Shown in pieces: positions 1 through 10,581 of a DNA stretch of 64,000 nt. The DNA is taken from positions 1,472,001-1,536,000 of the forward strand of contig CBDCJH010000002.1 in assembly GCA_965217775.1 (NCBI GenBank), given 5' to 3'. The DNA is from Acidobacteriota bacterium (GTDB taxonomy: Bacteria > Acidobacteriota > UBA6911 > RPQK01 > JAJDTT01). Below the pieces are notes generated by a model. That model made no database searches, was not told where the DNA came from, and was given only the letters and a program-made list of their open reading frames with translations. The stretch's first letter is position 1. Every line of letters begins with the position of its first letter. The translations under genes were made by a program, and so were the position numbers.

Positions 1-3000
1 GATGCCGATCCTCCGGACGAAGGCCGGCTTCGCGCCGCATCCGACCCGGAGCCAGGCAGGTTCTCCAATTGGTCCCGGTACAGGGCCGTGAGGTCCTGGA
101 GCTCCTCCTGCGAGGGCCGGCGGCCCAGGCAGAGACGGAATCCGTGAGAGATCCGGTCGGCGATTGCCGGGCCCGTCTCCGATACCATGCGGTCGGCCAG
201 TCCTCGCGCGGCTTCCAGGAAGGTGCGGTCGTTCATCAAGTTCAGGGCCTGCAACGGCGTATTGGAGCGGCTGCGGACGACACAGGTGGTCTCGCGGCTC
301 GGGGCATCGAAATTGGCATAGAAGGGATAGGGACGAATCCGCTTCAAAAAGGTGTAGAGACCCCGCCGGTAGCGGTCGTCTCCCCGTCCCGTGATCCAGG
401 TGTCGGCCACGTAAAGGTTGTCCCAGAGTCCCGCGGGCTGGGGCGGGAAGACGCTGGGACCGTGCGGTCTCAGACTGAGGAGGCCCGCGGCGCTCAACGC
501 GCTGTCCCGGATCATTTCAGCATCCATCCGAAAGCGGGGCCCTCGGGCGTAGAGCTGGTTGGAGGGGTCGTTTTCCCGCAAGGTCTCTTCCATCCGGGGG
601 TCCTGCCGGTAGGTTGCCGAAGTGACCATCAAGCGGTGCATGGCTTTCATGGACCATTTCTGCTCCACGAACTCGGTGGCGAGCCAATCCAGAAGCTCCG
701 GATGGGTCGGACGTTCGCCCTGGATCCCCAGGTTTTCGGGCGTCTTCACCAAGGCCCTCCCGAAATGATCGGACCAGAGCCGATTCATGGTGACCCTTCC
801 CACCAGCGGGTTCTCGGGAGAGACCAGCCAGCGGGCCAGGGTGAGGCGGTTGGGCGGCGTCTCGCTCTCGGGCAGGGGATGGAGCACCGAGGGGACGCCC
901 GGCTGGACCTCCTGGCCCGGGTTCAGAAAGCTTCCCTTGACGAAGACATGGCTGGTCCGGGGCTTGTCCAGCTCCTTCATGACCAGGCTGTTGGGTGAGG
1001 TCAACTGTTTCCAGAAGGCCAGAAGCTCAGAGAGCCGCTGCTTCTTCGGCGTCAACATCGGGGCGGTCCCGCGATAGTAATCGTCCAGGACCTTCCGTTG
1101 GTTCTCGGTCCGCCGGCTGGCGGGAACGGCCAGGACACGTTCCACCCGGGTCGGGAGCTTGACGTTTCGGGCCGCATCCTGTTCCCGGGTGACGGAAAAA
1201 CGAAAACGTCCGATGGTCTTGCCCGGCGTCTCTCCCTCATGCCTCAACCGGATGGTGAACCGGGTTCCACGCGGAAAGCCCAAGGGAGACTCCGGCGTGA
1301 AAATGGCTTGGCGTTCGACCCGGTTCTGGTGACTGGTTCCGCTGTTGGACCAACCGGTGGTGGGGTCGCCGTCCAGGGCGCGGCGAATGCCGAAGGTAAC
1401 CGGATCGATCTCGGCCGCGGCACCGCTGAACGCCACGGGCGAGGAGGACCCCGGCGCCGTCATCGGCTCAGCCCGGACTTCGAATCCGGTCAGCAGGAAA
1501 TCCCCCTCGGAATTCCGGCTCGAACCGCCGTGAGGCAGGCTGGGATCGGTCAAGGTTTCCAGACGGATGGCCGTGATCCCCTCGACCTGGGTCTCGGTCA
1601 CGACCACGTACGTTTCGCGGCCCGGTTTCGGTCCCGAAGCCAGCAGGGAACCATCCTCCTGGCGGGTCAGTTCCGCTCCCCCCAGGGAAAAGTAGGTGAC
1701 CGGGTCCAGGAAGCTCCAGGAGACCATGTCCCCGGCGGTCTTCGTTTCCCATTCCTTCTGCACCGCCTCCAACTCCGGCGTGGAACGTTTCAGCGCAGCT
1801 TTCAGATCCACGATCTCCCGCTCGATATCGGAGCGGTATGTGGACAGATAGTCGGCTGGAGGCAGGGTGATGCTGGCGCTATGCGGCCGTATCTTGGTCT
1901 TCGGATTGTTCTCCTCCATCGTGTTGTTGAAGAAGGCGAAGATCCGGAAGTACTCCTCCTGAGAGATGGGATCGTACTTGTGATCGTGGCACTGGGCGCA
2001 GGCGATCGTGCTCCCGAGCCAGACGGTTCCGGTGGTCTCGACCCGGTCCAGGATAGCCGCCACCCGGTACTCCTCCGCGTCGGTCCCACCCTCGGTGTTG
2101 ATCATGGTGTTGCGGTGGAATCCGGTGGCGATCTTCTGCTCGGGAGTGGCGTCGGGAAGCAGGTCTCCTGCTACCTGCTCGATGGTGAATTGATCGAAGG
2201 GCAGGTCCGAGTTGATGGCCTTGATCACCCAGTCGCGATAGAGCCACATGTTGCGCCGCCGGTCGTGGATGTAGCCGTTGGTGTCGGCATAGCGGGCCAG
2301 GTCCAGCCAGGGCCGGGCCCAGCGCTCTCCATAGCGGGGCGACGAAAGGAGGCGGTCGACCAGACGCTCGTAGGCCAGCGGTCGCCGGTCCTCGACGAAG
2401 GCGTCCACTTCCTCGGGGGTCGGCGGAAGACCTATGAGATCCAGGGTGACACGGCGGACCAGGGTTTCCCGAGAGGCTTCCGCGGACGGTTCCAGACCTT
2501 CCTGTTCCAACCGCTCCAGGACGAAGCGGTCGATGGTATTACGGACCCAGGCCGCATCCCTGACCTGGGGCAAAGGGGGACGGACCGGCTTGACGTAGGC
2601 CCAATGTTTCTCGCTGGAGGCACCCGTCCCATCGATGGACTCGGTCCAGGGGGCCCCCTGATCCAGCCAGACTCGGATCATCTCGACCTGGTCCGGCGGC
2701 AGCTTGCCCGTGAGAGGCATGGGAGACCCCGGAGCATCACCGACGATCTTCCGGTAGAGCAGACTCGAGGAACCGTCACCGGGCAGGATGGCCGGTCCCG
2801 ACTGCCCGCCCTTCAGGGCCGCCTCCCGGCTGTCCAGACGTAGACCGTTCATGCTCTGGTCGACGCCGTGGCACTGGTTGCAACTGGCTTCCAGGATGGG
2901 CCGGATGTCCCGGGCGAAGTCGAGGTCCCGGTCTGCGGACGAGGGAGACCCCGATCCGCTCATAAGAACAACGGTGTTCAAGCCGCTTAGAAAGACGAGG

Positions 3001-3041
3001 AATATCCAGTTTTGGAATCGCAAGACTCGCGCCCACCGCAT
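1..3041 (-). CDS. PSD1/planctomycete cytochrome c domain protein (PSCyt1 + DUF1549 + DUF1553); runs off the window start
   Basis: Manual minus-strand translation from ATG 3041: MRWARVLRF...DFARDIRPILEASCNQCHG (CxxCH) ... RRGLYTF...FDAPSRE...SNTPLQALNLMND. No stop seen in the stretches translated; absent from the ORF track because it is truncated. Confidence 0.88.
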   Translation of the reverse strand, partial: MRWARVLRFQNWIFLVFLSGLNTVVLMSGSGSPSSADRDLDFARDIRPILEASCNQCHGVDQSMNGLRLDSREAALKGGQSGPAILPGDGSSSLLYRKIVGDAPGSPMPLTGKLPPDQVEMIRVWLDQGAPWTESIDGTGASSEKHWAYVKPVRPPLPQVRDAAWVRNTIDRFVLERLEQEGLEPSAEASRETLVRRVTLDLIGLPPTPEEVDAFVEDRRPLAYERLVDRLLSSPRYGERWARPWLDLARYADTNGYIHDRRRNMWLYRDWVIKAINSDLPFDQFTIEQVAGDLLPDATPEQKIATGFHRNTMINTEGGTDAEEYRVAAILDRVETTGTVWLGSTIACAQCHDHKYDPISQEEYFRIFAFFNNTMEENNPKTKIRPHSASITLPPADYLSTYRSDIEREIVDLKAALKRSTPELEAVQKEWETKTAGDMVSWSFLDPVTYFSLGGAELTRQEDGSLLASGPKPGRETYVVVTETQVEGITAIRLETLTDPSLPHGGSSRNSEGDFLLTGFEVRAEPMTAPGSSSPVAFSGAAAEIDPVTFGIRRALDGDPTTGWSNSGTSHQNRVERQAIFTPESPLGFPRGTRFTIRLRHEGETPGKTIGRFRFSVTREQDAARNVKLPTRVERVLAVPASRRTENQRKVLDDYYRGTAPMLTPKKQRLSELLAFWKQLTSPNSLVMKELDKPRTSHVFVKGSFLNPGQEVQPGVPSVLHPLPESETPPNRLTLARWLVSPENPLVGRVTMNRLWSDHFGRALVKTPENLGIQGERPTHPELLDWLATEFVEQKWSMKAMHRLMVTSATYRQDPRMEETLRENDPSNQLYARGPRFRMDAEMIRDSALSAAGLLSLRPHGPSVFPPQPAGLWDNLYVADTWITGRGDDRYRRGLYTFLKRIRPYPFYANFDAPSRETTCVVRSRSNTPLQALNLMNDRTFLEAARGLADRMVSETGPAIADRISHGFRLCLGRRPSQEELQDLTALYRDQLENLPGSGSDAARSRPSSGGSA

Positions 3042-3120
3042 GCCGTCAACCTCGATTCGGGGTGTCGCGCCAGTATATCAGTCCAGGGCGAAAATCGTCG
3101 CGTTGGACGCATCCCCAGGA

Positions 3121-3213
3121 GGGGGGACATCCTTGTCCCCCATTCCCCGATCGCTCGTTCCGTTATCAACTCTACCTACGCCGGAAGAGAGGGGGTTAAA
3201 AACCCCCACTCCC
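3121..3213. repeat. REP-like palindrome pair (family B)
   Basis: ggggggacatccttgtccccc and gggggttaaaaaccccc hairpins in intergenic DNA; related to copies at 41003, 45161, 46629 and the 39.2-39.45 kb array. Confidence 0.6.
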
Positions 3214-3292
3214 ATTAGGCGACCAGGAGTCGCCGCTCCTCTCGGCGCCCTGTACACTGGGAGCCTAAGACAACCGCAAGAGGGAATCGATC

Positions 3293-4567
3293 ATGGCCGT
3301 CGGATTGAGACGTATCGGCCCCGCCTTCATCGTAGGGGCCTGCATCATCGGACCGGGCAGCGTCACCCTGATGTCGCGCACCGGCGCCGTCTACGGCTAT
3401 TCCATGCTCTGGCTGGCCATTCTCGCCGGCGCCCTTATGGCCGGGTTTCTCGCCCTCTTCCTTCGCTTCGGACTCTACTCCCAAGAGACTTTCCTGGGCG
3501 TGACCTCCCGCAAGCTGGGACCCTGGTTCGCCGTGGTCTGCGGCCTCTCCCTGGCATCGGTGAACGCCACCTTCCAGTTCGGAAACAATCTGGGCGTCAC
3601 CGCCGCCATGACCACGCTCTGGGGTGACGTCCCCAAGCTGGTCTGGCCCGTGGGCTTCACCCTGCTTTCCATCGTCTTCCTCTTGGGCTTCCGGAACATC
3701 TACCTTCTGCTGGAACGGTTGATGACCTTCTTCCTGGTCTTCATGGTCCTGGCTTTCGTGGTCAATCTGCTGTGGGCCGGACCGGACTGGCCAGCCGCTC
3801 TGAAGGGGGCGTTCATCCCGCGGGTTCCGGAAGGCGCCGACTGGCTCACGTTGGGCGGCCTGGTAGCGACCACCTTCGTGATGGTGGCGGCCTTCTTTCA
3901 AGCCTATCTGGTCCGGGCCAAGGGCTGGAAGGAGGAGGACCTTTCCAGTGGGGTCACCGACACGGTACTGGCATCCGTCCTCTACACGGCCATCGGTTGC
4001 GTGATCATGATGACGGCCGCCGCCGTGTTGTACCCGGGCGGTTCGGTCGACAGCGCCGCCGGCATGGCGATGCAGTTGGAGGGCGTTTTCGGATCCCATG
4101 CCCGAATCATCTTCTGCGTGGGCTTTGGTACGGCCGCCTTCTCAAGCTTCGTGACCAACGCCCTGATCGGCGGGGTCCTGGTCAGCGACGGACTGGGGCT
4201 GGGAGGAAAGGTGAACTCTCCTTCGACCAAGCTCATCGCCGCGATCATCCTGCTTATCGGCATGGCCACCGCCGTCGCCATCCTCCAATCCGAGGCGCCG
4301 ACGGGTGCAGCGGCAGCGGGTTCCGCCGCCAAGAGCCAGTTGGAGATCCGGGCTCTCGCCCTGGCCCAGGCCCTGACTCTGCTGGCGGTGCCTTTGGGCG
4401 TGCTGGCGACCTTGCTGGCCTTCTTCGACCGGGACGCCATGGCAAAACGTCCGTTGTCGCTGCCGGAACGGGCCTTCGTCGTTGTGGGCGTGGCGGTGCT
4501 GCTGGGAATCGCCGGCATGACGGCCCTCAGGGTCGTTCCGCTGGTATCGGATCTGATGCGGGGATAG
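3293..4567 (+). CDS. NRAMP-family (MntH-like) transporter
   Basis: IGPAFIVGACIIGPGSVT...GYSMLW N-terminal motif, QFGNNLG, about 11 hydrophobic segments. Confidence 0.85.
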   Translation: MAVGLRRIGPAFIVGACIIGPGSVTLMSRTGAVYGYSMLWLAILAGALMAGFLALFLRFGLYSQETFLGVTSRKLGPWFAVVCGLSLASVNATFQFGNNLGVTAAMTTLWGDVPKLVWPVGFTLLSIVFLLGFRNIYLLLERLMTFFLVFMVLAFVVNLLWAGPDWPAALKGAFIPRVPEGADWLTLGGLVATTFVMVAAFFQAYLVRAKGWKEEDLSSGVTDTVLASVLYTAIGCVIMMTAAAVLYPGGSVDSAAGMAMQLEGVFGSHARIIFCVGFGTAAFSSFVTNALIGGVLVSDGLGLGGKVNSPSTKLIAAIILLIGMATAVAILQSEAPTGAAAAGSAAKSQLEIRALALAQALTLLAVPLGVLATLLAFFDRDAMAKRPLSLPERAFVVVGVAVLLGIAGMTALRVVPLVSDLMRG

Positions 4568-4585
4568 CGGCGGGAACGGCGGCGT

Positions 4586-4661
4586 GGAGCGGCGGCTTTC
4601 AGCCGCCGACCTCCCAAGGTGACATCGGGGCAAGAATGTGAGGTCGACTACAAACCGCTCC
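4586..4661. repeat. REP-like palindromic element (family B)
   Basis: ggagcggcggctttcagccgccga...accgctcc; nearly the same start as the 6737 copy. Confidence 0.55.
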
Positions 4662-4726
4662 TAACAAAAAGAGTTCCAACAGTTTCCTTCGCTCCATCCA
4701 ATCCCCAATAAACCAGCTTTTTCGGA

Positions 4727-4795
4727 TCAGAACTTAGGAAGTGATTCGACAACTCGCCGAATTTCATGCAGATATTTCTTGACCTCAAGTCTCAT
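4727..4795 (-). pseudogene. Truncated HEPN/DUF86 toxin remnant (22 aa)
   Basis: MRLEVKKYLHEIRRVVESLPKF* overlaps the end of the upstream MNT gene and resembles DUF86 N-termini; stops after 22 codons. Confidence 0.55.
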
Positions 4796-5093
4796 AGATC
4801 GGTGTCTTGGTCTCCTCGACGGATTGCCGGAAGTATGGGTTTCGGATGGCTGAGCCGACCACGAGGTCCACGGGTCGTCCGAAGAGACCGTTCAGGGCTT
4901 CCAGCAGGCTGAAATAGGTGTCGGCATAGGCGCCGGCAGGCAGCGGCTGGAATTCAACCAGGAAATCGAGGTCGCTATTCTCCGTTTGATCGCGGAACGT
5001 CGCGGCCGAACCAAACAACTCAAGCCTCCGTACACGGTAACGAAGGCAAAGCTCCTCCAGTTCGCCAGTGTGCTTTTCGATGATCCGAATCAT
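4785..5093 (-). CDS. Minimal nucleotidyltransferase (MNT) antitoxin
   Basis: LELFGSAA...SDLDFLVEF...LFGRPVDLV...IRNPYF; likely start MIRIIEKH at 5093. Confidence 0.88.
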   Translation of the reverse strand: MIRIIEKHTGELEELCLRYRVRRLELFGSAATFRDQTENSDLDFLVEFQPLPAGAYADTYFSLLEALNGLFGRPVDLVVGSAIRNPYFRQSVEETKTPIYET

Positions 5094-5321
5094 TGCCTGT
5101 TCTCCCTCCCGACATGATAACCGCAATCGAGCTAAATTCGCCCTCATCACCAACCTCAAAGAGAATTCCAACCATCTTTCTCGCATACTCACTCGAACGC
5201 TTCACTATTCCGGAGCCACAATAGGTCGAAGCAAATTGCGACGCTCTGTAGACTAAGTGCGGTACTGACGGGGTCAGTGATCCTGCAAGCACAGTCGCGC
5301 AAGAGGGTTAGGGAATCAGGT

Positions 5322-6701
5322 ATGGAGACGGATATTCGGATCCTGGAGATTCAGCAGTATTTCACCCGGGAGCAATCCCGGACGCCCCTGAAGTTTGGTG
5401 GGGTGGTCATGGACTCGGCTTGGCTCTGTCATGTTCGGGTCCTGGTGGAGAACCGGCGGGGACAGAAAGGAGAAGGCTGGGGAGCCATCTTTCTGTCCGA
5501 CGTCTGGGGCTGGCCCTCGAGCCGCGTGGACCATCCACAGCGGGAGAATCTGATGGTCCAACTGGTGACGTCCTGGTGCCGGCGTCTCGGCGAAGTCCGG
5601 GAATTCGCCCACCCCATTGACCTCTTCTGGGAACTGGAGCCGGAGTTGGAGTCCCTGACACACGACATTTGTCGGGACGCGGGCGCCGCCGAGGAGATGC
5701 CCCGGCTCAACGCCCTCATCTGCGCCTCTGCCGCCGATGCCGCCGTCCACGACGCCTTTGGAAACGCGGCAGGCATCGACACCTACCTGGGCTACGGCCC
5801 CGAGCACATGGATCACGACCTCTCCCGCTGGTTGGGGCCTTCCTACGCGGAACGCTACGTGGCGGATTTTCTCCATCCTTTGCCGGAACAGGTGGATGCC
5901 TTCCACCTGGTGGGGGGCATGGACAAGCTCTCGGAAACCGAAGTCACGGCAGAAGATCCCGACGACGGCCTGCCCGTTTCCCTGGACCAATGGATCCGTT
6001 ACGAGGCGCTCCGCTGCCTGAAGGTCAAGCTTGTCGGTACCGACCTGGAGTGGGATCTCAACAGGCTGCTGGAAGTCTACCGCTTGGCCCGGACCGAGCA
6101 ACGACACCTGGATATCGATGAACTGTGGCTCACGGCGGACACGAACGAGATGTGCGACACGCCCCAGTACATGGTGGAGCTTCTGGTCCGGTTTAGGGAG
6201 GAAAATCGGTCCGCGTTCGACTCTCTGCTCTACGTCGAACAACCGTGCGAGCGGGACCTGCGAAAACGAATGCTGGACATGACGAAACTGCGGCAGATCA
6301 AGCCGGTCATCGTGGACGAGGCCCTGAGCTCGCTGGAGGACCTGGAGCTGGCGCTGGAACTCGGCTACAGCGGTCTGGCCCTGAAGACCTGCAAGTGCCA
6401 GTCGGCCGAGCTGGTACTGGCGTCCCGAGCCGCCGCGGCCGGCGTTCCATTCGCGGTGCAGGATTTGACGAACCCGGGCATCGCACTGCTCCAGTCGGCT
6501 GGCTTGGCGGGCCGGCTGCAGACCATTCGCGGTGTCGAGTCCAACAGCCGGCAGTTCTTTCCCGCCAGCAGCGAGCCGGAGCGGGCAGTCCACCCCGGTT
6601 TCTTCAAACTGGAGCAGGGAAGGATCCGAACATCGACGCTCCGGGGGACGGGGCTCGGCTACCAGTGGCACCGGATCGACCGCCGATTTCAAACAACCTG
6701 A
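5322..6701 (+). CDS. Enolase superfamily (mandelate racemase/MLE-like) enzyme
   Basis: LKVKL motif, ADTNE, YVEQP, VDE, ALKTCK metal and catalytic pattern. Confidence 0.8.
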   Translation: METDIRILEIQQYFTREQSRTPLKFGGVVMDSAWLCHVRVLVENRRGQKGEGWGAIFLSDVWGWPSSRVDHPQRENLMVQLVTSWCRRLGEVREFAHPIDLFWELEPELESLTHDICRDAGAAEEMPRLNALICASAADAAVHDAFGNAAGIDTYLGYGPEHMDHDLSRWLGPSYAERYVADFLHPLPEQVDAFHLVGGMDKLSETEVTAEDPDDGLPVSLDQWIRYEALRCLKVKLVGTDLEWDLNRLLEVYRLARTEQRHLDIDELWLTADTNEMCDTPQYMVELLVRFREENRSAFDSLLYVEQPCERDLRKRMLDMTKLRQIKPVIVDEALSSLEDLELALELGYSGLALKTCKCQSAELVLASRAAAAGVPFAVQDLTNPGIALLQSAGLAGRLQTIRGVESNSRQFFPASSEPERAVHPGFFKLEQGRIRTSTLRGTGLGYQWHRIDRRFQTT

Positions 6702-6736
6702 CGTCGTGGTAACCTGATTCTAAAGGAGCGGCGACT

Positions 6737-6833
6737 GGGAGCGGCGGCTTTCTTGTCGCCGAACTCCCAAATTATCAAGGTGGCACGAGGGAACGGGCGG
6801 GCGAGTGAAAGGGCGACAGGAAGGTCCCCCTCA
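6737..6833. repeat. REP-like palindrome doublet (family B)
   Basis: gggagcggcggctttcttgtcgccga ... gggcgacaggaaggtccccc, in inverted arrangement. Confidence 0.6.
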
Positions 6834-6891
6834 TAGACGCCCAAAAGGAATACCCGAAAATATTTCTTCAACAGATCAAGGAGGATCAGCC

Positions 6892-7674
6892 ATGGCGACG
6901 ATACAGACGTCCGTAGTCTCCGAGATTCCTCGGGAAATAGATGCTGTCGAACGGGACCTCCGAGTCCAGCTCGCGGCGTGCTACCGGATCGTGGACTACT
7001 TCGGCTGGTGCGAGCTGATCTACGGGCATCTCTCGCTACGCGTGCCCGGTCCCGATCACCACTTTCTGATCAACCCCTACGGCCTGCGTTACGACGAGAT
7101 CACGGCTTCCAGCCTGGTGAAGATCGACCTGGACGGGAATCTCGTCGAGCCCTCCGACTATCCCTTCAACCCGGCCGGGTTCGTCATCCACAGCGCGATC
7201 CACGAACACCGGGAGGATGCCCACTGCGTGATCCATACCCATACGCGGGCCGGAATGGCCGTGGCGGCGCTGGAATGCGGACTCCTGAACATCAGCATGA
7301 ACGCCACCAGCTTCTACAACAACGTCGGCTACCACGACTATGAGGGCTCTCAGCTCTTTCTGGAGGAGCGCAAGAAGCTCGCCCAGGACCTGGGAACGGC
7401 GAACGGCATGATCCTGCGCAACCATGGTCTGCTGAGCGTGGGAAGGACCGTCGCCGAGGCGTTCCTGCACATCTACCGTTTGGAGCGGGCCTGCCAGGTC
7501 CAACTCGACGCCATGGCCTGCCGGCAGAACCTGTTGATCCCGTCCGAGTCGGTCGTCAAGCGGTCGGCGGATCAGATGGATGATTTCGCCCAGTGCGCCG
7601 CTGACCTGGGCAAACTGGAGTTTGACGCCCTGATTCGGCTCATGGACCAGAGGGACCCCTCGTTCCGCAACTGA
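6892..7674 (+). CDS. Class II aldolase/adducin family protein
   Basis: LAACYR...HLSLRVPG...INPYGL...GFVIHSAIH...CVIHTHT...LRNHGLL; GGAGG RBS before ATG 6892. Confidence 0.92.
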   Translation: MATIQTSVVSEIPREIDAVERDLRVQLAACYRIVDYFGWCELIYGHLSLRVPGPDHHFLINPYGLRYDEITASSLVKIDLDGNLVEPSDYPFNPAGFVIHSAIHEHREDAHCVIHTHTRAGMAVAALECGLLNISMNATSFYNNVGYHDYEGSQLFLEERKKLAQDLGTANGMILRNHGLLSVGRTVAEAFLHIYRLERACQVQLDAMACRQNLLIPSESVVKRSADQMDDFAQCAADLGKLEFDALIRLMDQRDPSFRN

Positions 7675-7737
7675 GCCCGGCTTCTCTGAATCGATTCGAG
7701 CGTACCGGTCCGAAGGCTCCCGTAAGGCAACCAAGCG

Positions 7738-8091
7738 ATGAGATTCCTGCGGCTCATCGGTGCCGTAGCCCTGTCAGTCCTCCTGTACGGAAGATTGGCG
7801 TCCCTGGATCAGTACGTGGGTCCCCCACTGTACCGGCCACTGCACTTCCTGGGCTTTCTGGTCACCGGAGTGGTCATCTACCTCGTCCTTCTCCCCAAGA
7901 AAAAGCGGGTCTGGACCCGGCGGGACTCGACCTTTGTCACAGCCAGCGCGTTCACCGCGGCTGCCGTTTGGGTCTACGAGTTCCTGTTCTCCTACCAAGT
8001 GAGCCATCTGGGGGGAATCATGATCTACATGATCCCGTTGGCAGTCTTCATCCTTGGCCGGTGGATAACGATGTCGAAAGGTGACGCGTGA
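7738..8091 (+). CDS. Hypothetical membrane protein (about 4 TM)
   Basis: 117-aa ORF with four hydrophobic stretches. Confidence 0.6.
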   Translation: MRFLRLIGAVALSVLLYGRLASLDQYVGPPLYRPLHFLGFLVTGVVIYLVLLPKKKRVWTRRDSTFVTASAFTAAAVWVYEFLFSYQVSHLGGIMIYMIPLAVFILGRWITMSKGDA

Positions 8092-8326
8092 CGCGTTCGT
8101 CACGGACCGGCGTTCGCCGGGTGCTGATCCAGCCGCCCGGAGACGTCCGTGAGGCGGAAGTCACGACCGCTATCGTCAAATCGAAAATCGACTGGCACTA
8201 TCCGAGCGGACCATCGAGATTCGCACTCGGCACACAGTGGGTTCTGAAAACCAGGGCACAGCATCCTCCCTACCGATCCGGAACACACGTAGGCCATCTT
8301 GTAGCAACAACAAATTGTCTGACGCC

Positions 8327-10402
8327 TTAACCTCTGGGCTTCACGACGCGGATCCGGTTGTTGTTCTGGTCGCTGACCAGCAGGCAGCCCCCCTCGACAA
8401 TTGCCAGTCCGCTGGGCTGGTTGAACTGACACTCTGGGGCGGGGCCCCCGTCACCGTCGTCTCCCGGTTCGCCGTTTCCCGCCACCACTTCCAGAGTCCC
8501 GTCCGGACGCACGGCCACAATACGATGGTTTCCGGTGTCCGAGATGTAGACGGTCCCCGCCTCATCAACCGCAACTCCCTGGGGGCCGCGTAGCGGGGCC
8601 TGACCGTCCTTGACTCCGGAATTGGCCCGGCCGGGACGGCCGGTGCCGGCCAGAGTAGTGATCCTTCCGGTGGGTTCCACCCGGCGCACGCAGTGATTGG
8701 CACTGTCGGTGAAGTAGAGATTGCCTTTATCGTCGAAGGTGAGTGACGAAGGCTCCGTGATCCTGGCCTGAGTGGCTGAAAACCCATCTCCTGTATATCC
8801 CCACAAACCAATTCCAACTACGGTAGTTACGGTCCCGGTAGCATGCCGGACCCGGCGTATCCTTCCGATCCCGTCCCCGACGAAAAGATCCCCGTCGGGA
8901 GAGATTGCCAATGAGACCGGCGACGTGATGGGGCAGGATGCGGCGCTCCCCCCGTCCCCACCGTCCCAGGGAAAGCCGTTGCCCAGGTACGAGCGGATTA
9001 CCCCCAGGCGATCCACGCGGCGGACGTGAGCTCTCCTCTGATCGGCGATGTAGATGTTCCCGCTCTCGTCGACCGCCACGTCGTTGGGATTCGCCAGGTG
9101 CGCGTCGATGGCCCGACCTCCATCTCCCCCGTAGTAACGGGCGCCCGTTCCCGCCACCGTCCGGATGGTCCACGTCTCGGGGTCGATGGCCCGAATTCTG
9201 TGGTGCCAGAGGTCACTCACGTAAATCGTCCCATCCTTGGCCACAGCCAGGCCACGGGGAGCGGTCAGGGCGGCTTCCGTGGCCGGACCACCATCTCCCA
9301 CATGGGTTCCTCCCAGCACGGTCTTAACGATTCGGGTTCGGCCGTCCACTCGCCGGATCCGACCACTGCAGTCTGCCCACAATACCGATCCGTCGTCGTC
9401 CACCCAGAGCCCCGACTCGCAAGAGTTGATCCGGGTCTCCTCCCCGACCCGTCCATCCTCTCCGTAGGCCGGTAGTCCTGTCCCCACCACGGTTGACACC
9501 AGTCCCGTCCGGCCATCAACGCGTCGCACCCGAAAACCGTACTTTTCTCCCACGTAGATGTGATCGTGACGATCGATGAAGAGAGAATCGGGCATCAGGA
9601 CCGAGGCCTCTGCGGCGGGGAGGCCATCGCCAGCCGAGGACCGGGACAACTGGCCGTCCACCTGGACCAGACGGGGGTTTCCGAAGACCGTGGAAATGAT
9701 CCCGTCCCGGTCGACCCTTCGGATTCGGTCGTTGCTGTTATCGCAAATATAGAGGTTGTCTCGCGAGTCGAAGGCCAGATGCTCCGGATGGTGCAAGGCC
9801 GCCTCACTGGCCGGAATCCCATCTCCGTTGTAGCCAGGAATCCGAATTCCGGCAAAGCGCGTGATGATTCCCCGAGTGTCCACGCGCCGGACAGTATTGT
9901 CGTACTCGTCGGCCGTATAGAGGTTTCCGGCCAAATCGGTGGCCACCCCGGAGGCAACGTTCAACTGGGCCTCGACGGCTGGTCCACCGTCCCCTTCACT
10001 TCCCTGGATGCCACAGCCGGCTACGGTGGTAATGATTCCTGAGGAGCCGTCGATGCGGCGGATCCGGTAGTTGCTCAAGTCGCTGAAATAGAGATTTCCG
10101 TGAGGGTCCTGCCACAGGTCATGAGGACCGTTCAGGAGGGCTCTCGAGGCGGGACCGCCGTCACCCCCGAATCCGGCGACTCCGGTGCCCGCGAAGGTGT
10201 GCAGGATTCCATCTCGATCGATTCTCCAGATGCGGTGGCCCTGGTAGTCTGCTACCAGTAACTCCCCGGAGCCGGTTCGGACGACCCCCATGGGCCAACC
10301 GGCCGGTGAAGCAGCAGCATTGCCTCCCGTCTTCCATCCAACCCCCGCCACCGTGGCCACGGTTCCCGGTTCGAGGCGACGCAGAAAAGTGCTGAGAGTC
10401 AT
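8327..10402 (-). CDS. NHL-repeat (teneurin-like beta-propeller) protein
   Basis: Repeated AGTG..G..GDGGPA..A.L..P..LA.D..GNLY..D..N.RIRRVD units over 691 aa. Confidence 0.92.
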   Translation of the reverse strand: MTLSTFLRRLEPGTVATVAGVGWKTGGNAAASPAGWPMGVVRTGSGELLVADYQGHRIWRIDRDGILHTFAGTGVAGFGGDGGPASRALLNGPHDLWQDPHGNLYFSDLSNYRIRRIDGSSGIITTVAGCGIQGSEGDGGPAVEAQLNVASGVATDLAGNLYTADEYDNTVRRVDTRGIITRFAGIRIPGYNGDGIPASEAALHHPEHLAFDSRDNLYICDNSNDRIRRVDRDGIISTVFGNPRLVQVDGQLSRSSAGDGLPAAEASVLMPDSLFIDRHDHIYVGEKYGFRVRRVDGRTGLVSTVVGTGLPAYGEDGRVGEETRINSCESGLWVDDDGSVLWADCSGRIRRVDGRTRIVKTVLGGTHVGDGGPATEAALTAPRGLAVAKDGTIYVSDLWHHRIRAIDPETWTIRTVAGTGARYYGGDGGRAIDAHLANPNDVAVDESGNIYIADQRRAHVRRVDRLGVIRSYLGNGFPWDGGDGGSAASCPITSPVSLAISPDGDLFVGDGIGRIRRVRHATGTVTTVVGIGLWGYTGDGFSATQARITEPSSLTFDDKGNLYFTDSANHCVRRVEPTGRITTLAGTGRPGRANSGVKDGQAPLRGPQGVAVDEAGTVYISDTGNHRIVAVRPDGTLEVVAGNGEPGDDGDGGPAPECQFNQPSGLAIVEGGCLLVSDQNNNRIRVVKPRG

Positions 10403-10581
10403 TGGTCCGCCCTCTCGCTAAAACCTGACTGTCCCTGCGAAAACCTGCATCCCCTACGATCAGGGAACCTGCGGTCAGGTGCAATAAATCTCGCCGCTCC
10501 ATCGACCGCCTCGCCTCAACGACCTGTCCGCGGCTGATCAGTCATTTTTTTGACAAAGGGATGATTCTCTATGGAATTTCC

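Noticed and set aside
69-2843. Long plus-strand ORFs 69-998 and 1098-2843
   Set aside because: Antisense shadows of the minus-strand DUF1549/DUF1553 gene, common in GC-rich DNA.
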